Shown here one piece after another: positions 7,841 through 15,083 of a stretch of DNA of 16,121 nucleotides. Below the pieces are notes generated by a model. It ran no database searches. It saw nothing but the letters and a program-made list of their open reading frames with translations, and was not told the DNA's origin. Made by a program: the position numbers and the translations under genes. Each line of letters opens with the position of its first letter. Position 1 is the first letter of the stretch. The DNA comes from an uncultured bacterium (lineage in GTDB: Bacteria; T1Sed10-126): the NCBI GenBank assembly GCA_964566495.1, contig CAZMIT010000034.1, positions 1 to 16,121 of the forward strand, in the 5' to 3' direction.

Positions 7841-8974
7841 GTGGGGAGTTTGGTTTTGGTGGGTGGGCTGGTTTTTTTAGCCTGGTATTATATGGGGTTG
7901 GGTTTGCGTAATGAGCCGGCTGTCAGTCAGGAGCTGACGTCAGCCACGCCTGTTTTAGAGGACGTGGAGTTAGAGGAAGCAATGTTTTATTCACAGCTTG
8001 AAGACGACCGAGTTCAATGTGAACTTTGTTTTCGCAACTGTGTAATTCCCGAGGGAGAGCGGGGTTTTTGCCGGGCCCGTGAAAATCGGGAGGGTAAGTT
8101 AAAGAGCGTAGTTTACGGTCGGCCGGCAGCGGTGCACATTGATCCGGTAGAAAAAGAGCCTCAGCACCACATGCTGCCCGGTTCGGATATACTCTGTATC
8201 GGCACGGCGGGCTGTAACTATGCCTGCAACCACTGCCACAACTGGCACCTGTCACAGCGTGCGATTGAAGATATGCGTGTCTACGAGCTGCCGCCGGAGG
8301 AAGTAGTGGCTCGGGCCAGCGAGGGGGATGTTCCAACTATATCGTTCACCTACAACGACCCAATTGTATCTTACGAATACTTGTATGACACCGCGCGGTT
8401 GGCGCAGGAGGAGGGGATAAAAATACTCTGGCACTCCAACGTGGCTATTAATCCCGAGCCTTTAAAAAAGCTGCTGCCGTACACGGATTCAATAACTGTA
8501 GACTTGAAGGGATTTTCGGAGGAGGCTTACGCTAATTCAGAGGCGGAGCTGGAACCGGTGCTGGAGGCGCTGGAAATCATTGCCGAACACGACGTCTGGC
8601 TGGAAATTGTCAATCTTGTCATTCCGACGATAAACGATTCCCCGGAAGAGATCAGGGCCTTGAGCGAGTGGGCAAAAGAAAACTTAGGACCAGAAGTTCC
8701 CCTCCATTTTTCTCGCTTTACGCCCGCCTACCGGCTCACCGACCTGCCGCCGACGCCGGTGGATACTTTGGAAGAGGCCGCTTCGATAGCGGAGGACGTG
8801 GGAATTCATTACATAAGCATTGGAAATGTGCCGGGGCACCGCAGAAATTCCACCTTCTGTCCCGAGTGCGGCGAGCGGCTTATCCACCGGGTACATTTTT
8901 CAGTGTTGGAAAATAAAATTGAAGATGGTCGTTGTTCCGAGTGTGGTCACGAAATCCCCGGTATCTGGAAGTAG
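7841..8974 (+). CDS. amrS: AmmeMemoRadiSam-system radical SAM enzyme with N-terminal hydrophobic anchor
   Basis: CELC-x3-C-x8-C, IDPVEKEP-x2-H, radical SAM triad GCNYACNHCHNW-x2-SQ, SFTYNDP, VPLHFSRF-x-P, Y-x3-GNV, C-terminal CPECG and CSECG. Start is uncertain: GTG 7841 or 7838 after AGAGGAG, but the frame is open back to 7772 through the repeat. Confidence 0.85.
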   Translation: MGSLVLVGGLVFLAWYYMGLGLRNEPAVSQELTSATPVLEDVELEEAMFYSQLEDDRVQCELCFRNCVIPEGERGFCRARENREGKLKSVVYGRPAAVHIDPVEKEPQHHMLPGSDILCIGTAGCNYACNHCHNWHLSQRAIEDMRVYELPPEEVVARASEGDVPTISFTYNDPIVSYEYLYDTARLAQEEGIKILWHSNVAINPEPLKKLLPYTDSITVDLKGFSEEAYANSEAELEPVLEALEIIAEHDVWLEIVNLVIPTINDSPEEIRALSEWAKENLGPEVPLHFSRFTPAYRLTDLPPTPVDTLEEAASIAEDVGIHYISIGNVPGHRRNSTFCPECGERLIHRVHFSVLENKIEDGRCSECGHEIPGIWK

Positions 8975-8986
8975 TTTTCATTTAAA

Positions 8987-11284
8987 ATGAAGAAACGGTT
9001 GAGTCTGGCTGTTGTGGTGATGGGCTTTAGTGGTCTTGTTGCTCAAGTTTTACTGCTGCGGGAATTTATGGTCAGTTTTGCGGGGAACGAGCTAATCATC
9101 GGAATAATACTCGCCAACTGGCTTCTGCTGGAAGCGCTTGGTGCGGGGCTGGGTGGGTATATTTTCCCGAAAAAGGGGAAGCGGCCCGAGCTGTTTGTAA
9201 GCATAAACATTGTGTTTGCGCTAAGCTTACCCCTGGTTACAGCAGCAATCCGGCTCCTGCCGGCCTATGCTCCCGGTGGACCCGGGGAAGGGGTGGGGTT
9301 ACAGACAGTTTTAATTTTCTCTTTTTTAGTTCTGCTGCCCGTAAGTTTGAGTCACGGGGCTCTGTTCAGCGGTGGCTGCCGGATCTGGACTCACTACGTT
9401 GGCCAGCCAGCGGAAACCGCCGGCCGGGTTTATGTGTTAGAAAGTGCAGGCACGATCCTTGGTGGTTTAGCTTTCACCTATCTGCTGGTGCTTTACCTGC
9501 CATCCTATGCTATCGTGCTCTTAGTAGCGGGGCTAAATCTTGTTATTAGTTTTTTTCTCCTACCATTTAAACGGTCTGAAGCGGGCGCCTGCGCCTGGAG
9601 CTGGAGTCTGGCCGGTCTGTTGACAATTCTGCTAATTGTCCTGGGTGCGGGCAGTATTACTTCATATTTTTATCAGCTTGACCGCTATACTCTCGGTCGT
9701 CGCTGGCCCGGGCAGGAGCTACTATTTTCGGAAAATTCTATCTACGGTAACATCGCGGTAGCTCGGCGGGGTGCTCAGCGAACTTTTTATCAAGACGGTC
9801 AACCGGTAACTACACTGCCCGACCCGGATCGCGTTGCTTTCGAAGGATTTGTTCACATACCTCTGCTTTTTCACCGCCAGCCCCGGGACGTACTGGTTTT
9901 CAGCGGGGGAGCCGGTGGGGTAATAGACGAGATGCTCAAACATAATCCTGACCGACTCGACTATGTAGAACTTGATCCACAGCTACTGGAGACCCTTAAA
10001 CGTTTTCCCGATCCGTTAAGCGAGCGAGAACTGACTGATCCGAGGGTTAACCTTCATCATCGGGACGGCCGCCGGTTTATTGATCGATCAGAGCGCCAAT
10101 ACGACGTGGTGTTAGTTGGTTTCCAGGAACCATTTAACCTGCAAGTTAACAGATTGTTTACTCGGGAGTTTTACGAGAGCCTGGCGCGCCGTCTGAACTC
10201 AGAGGGGATCCTGGCCTTCCGTTTGCCGGGTTCAATGGCCTATCTCAGTGACGAAATGAGAAAATTAAACGCCAGCGTCCGCTCAGCTCTTGAAGAAGTC
10301 TTTGCTTCCGTAGTTTCTCTGCCTGGTGACGCGGGGAGCCTTCACCTGGCGTCGCCGGACGAGACAGCATTCGCTGCGGATAGTATGGAACTGGGCCGGC
10401 GGCTGGAGGAACGTGATGTTGACGCAATGCTGGTCAGTAAAGGTTACCTCCGGCATCGATTCGATGACCGCCGCCGGGACTGGTTCCGGGAGCGAGTAGA
10501 GCAGACCGAGGCCCGGGCGAACCTGGATTTTCGACCCGGGGCTGTCTACTTTTCGCTGGCCCACTGGTCTTCTCTATTTTCCCCCTGGCTGCGTCCGTTA
10601 TTCAGCTTCCTGGAGAGGTTGTCTCTGACTAAGTTGTTGTTCGTCCTGGGCGTGGGGGGAATAGTTCTGGGTGGGGTTGTGCTTAGTTTTGCCACCTCAA
10701 TACGTCCGACCCTGTTTCTGGCAATTTTAACTACCGGTTTTGCCGGCATGCTCTTTGACCTGCTGGTCATATTTTCCTTTCAGAGTCTCTACGGCTACGT
10801 TTTTTACTGGGTGGGATTACTGATAACCGCGTTTATGGCCGGGTCTCTACTTGGAGCCCTTGTCGCTAATAGGTACCTCCGCGATGATAAACCAGCCCTG
10901 GAGTTATTTTTTGGTATTGAGTTGTCACTTGTTATACTGGCTCTGCTTCTTCCACTGGTGTTAATTTTTTTCAGACAGCTCGCGGTCTCGCCCTGGCCTT
11001 ATCACTATATATTTCCTTTGCTTTCCTGTCTTTCAGGGTTGTTAATTGGTGCCCAGTTTCCCCTGGCAAACAATCTCTTCATTTCTTCCGACGAGGAATC
11101 TGTAGGGAGAACAGCCGGCCTGCTCTACGGGGCTGATTTGCTTGGCGGTTGGATAGGTGGTATTGCCGGTGGAGCCGCGTTGTTGCCCCTGCTGGGGCTG
11201 GTGGAGACATCACTCTTTGTCGGCGGCTTAAAGTTAGTTAGCATCTTACTGTTGGGATTTGCCCTGTTTTTGTATGGTCGTTGA
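8987..11284 (+). CDS. Fused membrane (MFS-like)/spermidine synthase-like SAM-binding protein
   Basis: TM block (GFSGLVAQVLLLRE...GNEL; AGRVYVLESAGTILGG), central methyltransferase-fold domain (YGNI; VLVFSGGAGG; YVELDP; DGRRFI; YDVV; NRLFTREFY), and a second TM block ending GLLYGADLLGG. Confidence 0.85.
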   Translation: MKKRLSLAVVVMGFSGLVAQVLLLREFMVSFAGNELIIGIILANWLLLEALGAGLGGYIFPKKGKRPELFVSINIVFALSLPLVTAAIRLLPAYAPGGPGEGVGLQTVLIFSFLVLLPVSLSHGALFSGGCRIWTHYVGQPAETAGRVYVLESAGTILGGLAFTYLLVLYLPSYAIVLLVAGLNLVISFFLLPFKRSEAGACAWSWSLAGLLTILLIVLGAGSITSYFYQLDRYTLGRRWPGQELLFSENSIYGNIAVARRGAQRTFYQDGQPVTTLPDPDRVAFEGFVHIPLLFHRQPRDVLVFSGGAGGVIDEMLKHNPDRLDYVELDPQLLETLKRFPDPLSERELTDPRVNLHHRDGRRFIDRSERQYDVVLVGFQEPFNLQVNRLFTREFYESLARRLNSEGILAFRLPGSMAYLSDEMRKLNASVRSALEEVFASVVSLPGDAGSLHLASPDETAFAADSMELGRRLEERDVDAMLVSKGYLRHRFDDRRRDWFRERVEQTEARANLDFRPGAVYFSLAHWSSLFSPWLRPLFSFLERLSLTKLLFVLGVGGIVLGGVVLSFATSIRPTLFLAILTTGFAGMLFDLLVIFSFQSLYGYVFYWVGLLITAFMAGSLLGALVANRYLRDDKPALELFFGIELSLVILALLLPLVLIFFRQLAVSPWPYHYIFPLLSCLSGLLIGAQFPLANNLFISSDEESVGRTAGLLYGADLLGGWIGGIAGGAALLPLLGLVETSLFVGGLKLVSILLLGFALFLYGR

Positions 11285-11350
11285 ATGTTAAACTGAACGA
11301 TAGAAGAATTATCGTAATTGTTTATCGCCTACTGTCAAATGCTGTTTAGT

Positions 11351-11719
11351 TCGTCATTTCGGGCAAGCGACCGCAGGGAGTGCGACACGGAATTCATCTG
11401 GTAGAGCAGTAATCGGTAATCAGTATTCAGTAATCAGTAAAGTTCAGTAATCGGTATTCGGTCTTCAGTAATCAGTAAAGTCAAAACCAATTACCGACAA
11501 CCGGTTTCCCCGGTCTTACCGATTACTGATTACCGGGGTTCCACCGATTACTGGGCTTGTTGCAGATCGAAGTCCGCAATGACGAGCGTAAGATCAAGAC
11601 CATAAAACCTTGTTGCGGGTTGCGAGTTACGAGTTACAGGTTAAAACCAATAACTGGAAACTATAAACTGGAAACCGGAGACCTTAAAATGGATTGCGGA
11701 TCGAGGTCCGCAATGACGA
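11351..11719. repeat. REP/REPIN-like composite repeat with heptamer-repeat arms
   Basis: TCGTCATT (11351) is inverted against AATGACGA (11578 and 11712). Duplicated hairpin TTGC(A/G)GATCGA(A/G)GTCCGCAATGACGA at 11560-11585 and 11694-11719. C(A/G)GTA(A/T)T heptamers at 11407-11479 have complementary ATTAC(C/T)G units at 11490-11553. GTT(G/A)C(G/A)R heptamers at 11612-11639 are followed by NNNAAC(T/C) units at 11649-11676. Confidence 0.8.
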
Positions 11720-11828
11720 TCGTTAGCTCACGCCCGTAATGCCAGTGAGGGCGTTAAACAGTACAAATCAACAATGCTTCAAGTCGACGCAAATGAAATT
11801 GTCAGGCGATCCTTCTGTTGGGAGTAAA

Positions 11829-12512
11829 ATGGTGATAGCAATGGGATTAATCAACGAAAAAAGTGAGATATTAATACCACTTGTTCTGGTCGGGTTATTC
11901 TTAGTTGTTTTTGTCGTTATTATAGGTTTTCAGCAGCCCGTTGAAGAGGAAAAAAGTGTCAGTGTTGAGGAGGGAGAAGTAAGTTTTGGACAGGTGCAGG
12001 TTGAGCCCGGGGAGAGGGAAATACGTTTCCCGGCCGAGGTGCAGAAAGCCGCCGGCGAAGTTACTTTTTTACTCCATCTGCAGGGTTATGAGTGGCTGCG
12101 AGAGGAGTCGGCTATTGTTTCGTCGGCTCGCCTGGCAGATCTGCAGGAAGCGGTAGCGCTGCTGGACTGGGCCCTCTGGGATGAGCTGTGGTATGAAGGT
12201 GAGCTGGCTTCAGACGCCAGAATGGATCTACACTTGCGTTTTCCGGGAGAGACGCGCGCCGGCGAGGAGCTGGTCGAACGCGACGAGGTTCGGCCCTGGG
12301 AGTTGATTTTCTTTGGCTCGCCGTATTTTGATGATATGGCACTGGAGACAACGAGCGTCATCGATTGCCGGAATTGTCCGCTTTATCCCCTGGAAAAAGA
12401 GCTAATTCGGGAGGAAATAACGGGGGGAGAATCGCTGCAACTGCGGGAAAATATATTGAAGGCAGGGAAAGAACTTGAAATGATAATATCTATTCCAGAG
12501 GTAGAGGAGTAG
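11829..12512 (+). CDS. Membrane-anchored hypothetical protein with CxxC (possibly YdjY-domain-like)
   Basis: GGAG at 11821-11824 precedes ATG 11829; the ORF-track extension to 11739 looks non-coding. Single TM (ILIPLVLVGLFLVVFVVIIGF), acidic soluble domain, CRNC motif. Stop overlaps the next start (TAGTG). Confidence 0.65.
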   Translation: MVIAMGLINEKSEILIPLVLVGLFLVVFVVIIGFQQPVEEEKSVSVEEGEVSFGQVQVEPGEREIRFPAEVQKAAGEVTFLLHLQGYEWLREESAIVSSARLADLQEAVALLDWALWDELWYEGELASDARMDLHLRFPGETRAGEELVERDEVRPWELIFFGSPYFDDMALETTSVIDCRNCPLYPLEKELIREEITGGESLQLRENILKAGKELEMIISIPEVEE

Positions 12513-13138
12513 TGAGTTACCGGGCGCTGGAGCTCTTTATTCTTGGACTGACAGTTGCGTATGGTCCCTGCCTGCTGTTTTGTTCTCCGGCTATTCTTGC
12601 TTATATAGGTGGGACAAGTCGCGGCTGGCGCAGCGGTCTGAGATCGGCCTTAACTTTCAGCCTGGTTCGTTTGCTGGTCCAGGTTGTCCTGGTCTCACTG
12701 GCAGCTATGCTGGGAGTTTTATTAACCGAGCGACTGCAGCGGGGACAGGGAGGTCTGCAGATCGCCGGCGGAATATTTATCATAGTAATGGGGCTATTTT
12801 TGGCTATAGGCGGCAAGGACATCACTCAGAAGTGCTTCTGTCGCGGGGAAGGGGGAGCAGCATTCCTGGGCCTGGTTGAGGGGCTGGTCCCTTGCGCTCC
12901 TTTTCTGAGCGTTCTGGTCTATGCAGCCCTGCGAGCAGAAACCGTGCTCCAGGGGGTAGTGTTTGGCGCCGCGTTTGGTGGCGGTGCTTTTCTCTCGCCA
13001 ATACTGCTGTTTTCGCCACTGGTGGGAGAAGTCGCCGGGAAATTGACGGGGAAGGGATATCAGCAGGTAATTGGCCGGATAAGCGGGCTACTGCTGATTG
13101 GGTTTGGTCTTCTACTGGCATTTGGCGGGATTTTTTGA
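12512..13138 (+). CDS. DsbD_2 / CcdA / TauE-SafE-like 6-TM protein (cytochrome c biogenesis or metal/sulfite transporter family)
   Basis: Motifs GPCLLFCSP, F-x3-R-x3-Q, GG-x-FII-x-MG, GLVPCAP and G-x-AFG-x-G. About six hydrophobic segments. Confidence 0.8.
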   Translation: MSYRALELFILGLTVAYGPCLLFCSPAILAYIGGTSRGWRSGLRSALTFSLVRLLVQVVLVSLAAMLGVLLTERLQRGQGGLQIAGGIFIIVMGLFLAIGGKDITQKCFCRGEGGAAFLGLVEGLVPCAPFLSVLVYAALRAETVLQGVVFGAAFGGGAFLSPILLFSPLVGEVAGKLTGKGYQQVIGRISGLLLIGFGLLLAFGGIF

Positions 13139-13229
13139 GAGACTTTGTTGAATACCATATGAGATGCTAAAAGAAAGATTTTTGAGGATTCTACAAAGCC
13201 TTTAAGAGGGACATATTTTATTTTTCAAT

Positions 13230-13276
13230 ATTATAAAACTTAAGTTTTTGAACAACTTTACCTCCGAGGCATATTG
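13230..13276 (+). repeat. Solo copy of RAYT right end (repeat copy 3)
   Basis: ATTATAAAACTTAAGTTTTTGAACAACTTTACCTCCGAGGCATATTG, identical over 47 bp to 15023-15069. Confidence 0.95.
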
Positions 13277-13307
13277 GAAAGGGGTGTAAATACAACCACA
13301 GTTTTCA

Positions 13308-13336
13308 TTGATTATCCGCCTGGAAGTGCATATAAT
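13308..13336 (+). promoter_or_regulatory. Sigma70-type promoter
   Basis: TTGATT (13308-13313), 17-nt spacer, TATAAT (13331-13336). Predicted transcription start near 13343. Confidence 0.65.
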
Positions 13337-13350
13337 CAAATTACTAAAAA

Positions 13351-13580
13351 CTTAGCCCGGATAATGCACGACAGCATAACTGTCGTGAATTATCCGTCCG
13401 AAGGACAGCCGTTTATAGGCTTCTTGTTGGATATTAAACAAAATATTATTATTGCAGTTATTTTTACAGCCTGTAACTTACCAGTTGTTCTGTAAACGGG
13501 TGGGTTAACCCCGCCCATTTGACGAATGGGCGGCCCTTTGGGCGGCCTATGCTGAGGGTTCATGCATAGGCCGGGTTAGC
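13351..13580 (+). ncRNA. Candidate structured RNA or ssDNA element of unknown family
   Basis: 16-bp hairpin at 13358-13396, two further hairpins to 13421, and a fully paired four-way junction at 13504-13580, all directly downstream of a good promoter. No known family recognised. Confidence 0.4.
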
Positions 13581-13782
13581 AAAACTAATACCTTATGTAG
13601 TTCAAACATAATTTACCGATGATTCCCCGGAAATGTTTAATAACAGATGGGGAAGATCTCTAATTCCCTTTTTTATTTTTTGAGTTATAAACAGCTTGGG
13701 GAGGGTAAAAAAAGGATTAAGATTTAGATAAATTTTATGATTTGCTCTGATCTTTGCAGCTTCCCTTATAGGAGGATAGGCT

Positions 13783-14958
13783 ATGGAAACCCTGAAAAAT
13801 TTTACTCGTCGCAGGTCCGTCAATTTTTTCAAAGAAGACTGCTCCATGCCAAAAGAAGCATTAAGGAATATCGTCAATCTGGCGGGGCTTGCCCCCTCAT
13901 CTTCAAACACCCAGCCCTGGGAACTCGTAGTGGTTGAAGATCCTCAGGCCAAAGAAAATCTTCGAGAATCTGCCTTTGATCAGCCGAAAATTACCGAATC
14001 CTCGTGTACACTGATTGTCCTGGCCGACCCTGAAGCCTATAAAAAAGAGAATCCTACTTACGAGAGTTTTGTTGAACGGGGGTATATGGAGGCCGAGGAA
14101 ATGGAAGATTACACGGAGATGGTAGAGGGGCTTTATACCAACCTGGAAAAGCCCGACAGATATGCGGTAAAAAATGCAGCATTTTTTGGAATGTCGCTGA
14201 TGTATGCGGCGGAAGCCTACGGCTGGCAGTCCCACCCGATGATTGGTTTTAATCCGCAGGAGGTAAAAGAAAAGTTTGAAATTCCGGAAGATTTAATTGT
14301 GACAATGCTTCTCTCCCTGGGTAAATTTGACGATGAAAATACTCTGCTGCAGCGCAACCGGAGAAAGAATTTCACAGATATTGTGAGCATGAACAGCTAT
14401 AACCCGCCGGAGAAGCTGGAACTTGAAAATCCCTTTGTTGAGCAAATCAAGTCCGTAAAAATGGGGGATGACAACCTGAATCTCATTGGAGTTCAGCCAG
14501 AAGTTGGTGAACCCGTTCCTGATTTTGAATTAATGAAAGTTCCAGGTCAGACGATTACTCTGGCTGAGTTGTTGGACGGACCAGTCGTGATAAGCTCGGT
14601 TCCTTCTCTCGATACCCCGGTCTGTCAGCAACAGACTAAAAAATTTAGTAAGAAATTAAAAAATTATGATGAAAAAATAAATTTTGTCACGGTGAGTTGT
14701 GACACACCTTTTGCCCAGCAGCGGTTTAAAGAAAAGGAAGGAATCGACTGGCCGATTTACTCGGACATAAACGGACGGCAGTTCTCCAGCCGCTGCGGGC
14801 TTTTGATAGAGGGGGTTGGGCTGACGGCAAGAGCTGTCATGGTGGTTGATCAAGCTGGCGTCCTGCAATACTTTCAGTTGGTTGAAGAGGTCGGCGAAGA
14901 GCCTGATTACCAGGACGTGGAGAATTTTTTAAATGAAAATCAGCTCACAGATAGTTAA
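13783..14958 (+). CDS. Nitroreductase fused to C-terminal thiol peroxidase (Tpx-type peroxiredoxin) domain
   Basis: N-terminal domain: RRSV-x-FF, APSS-x-NTQPW, LM-x-AA-x3-G-x-QSHPMIGF. C-terminal domain: G-x3-PDF-x-L, SVPSLDTPVC, VS-x-D-x-PFAQ-x-RF, ARAV-x-VVD, EPDY. RBS AGGAGG at 13770-13775. Confidence 0.88.
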   Translation: METLKNFTRRRSVNFFKEDCSMPKEALRNIVNLAGLAPSSSNTQPWELVVVEDPQAKENLRESAFDQPKITESSCTLIVLADPEAYKKENPTYESFVERGYMEAEEMEDYTEMVEGLYTNLEKPDRYAVKNAAFFGMSLMYAAEAYGWQSHPMIGFNPQEVKEKFEIPEDLIVTMLLSLGKFDDENTLLQRNRRKNFTDIVSMNSYNPPEKLELENPFVEQIKSVKMGDDNLNLIGVQPEVGEPVPDFELMKVPGQTITLAELLDGPVVISSVPSLDTPVCQQQTKKFSKKLKNYDEKINFVTVSCDTPFAQQRFKEKEGIDWPIYSDINGRQFSSRCGLLIEGVGLTARAVMVVDQAGVLQYFQLVEEVGEEPDYQDVENFLNENQLTDS

Positions 14959-15022
14959 TCACGTCTGAATTTTTTTAAATTTAACTTCAAGGTTTCTGTG
15001 ATCAAAGCTATTTTTAAAAAAC

Positions 15023-15069
15023 ATTATAAAACTTAAGTTTTTGAACAACTTTACCTCCGAGGCATATTG
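15023..15069 (+). repeat. Solo copy of RAYT right end (repeat copy 4)
   Basis: Identical over 47 bp to 13230-13276. Abuts the AAGGAG RBS of zupT. Confidence 0.95.
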
Positions 15070-15083
15070 AAGGAGTGGCTGGA

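Noticed and set aside
11557..11828. 60-aa ORF 11557-11739 and the 11739 start of the next gene
   Set aside because: These run through heptamer and REP-like repeats and lack an RBS, so they are likely repeat-derived open frames.
13274..13495. 73-aa ORF after repeat copy 3
   Set aside because: TTG start lies inside the repeat with no proper RBS, it overlaps a good promoter and long hairpins, and it has no recognisable motif.
13504..13580. tRNA (77-nt cloverleaf)
   Set aside because: No D-loop GG, no 7-nt anticodon loop, no TTCRA T-loop in the correct place, no CCA, and arm lengths are wrong on both strands.
13501..13582. Canonical integron attC site
   Set aside because: TAAC...GTTAGC ends are present, but no L''/L' boxes with an extrahelical base or unpaired central spacer are recognisable. 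It does not follow a cassette ORF and no intI is in the window.
6874..15069. The four repeat copies as a CRISPR array, with the nuclease at 4059 as Cas4
   Set aside because: Copies are kilobases apart with genes between them, there are no regular spacers, and no cas1/cas2 is present. The nuclease is a generic RecB-family protein.
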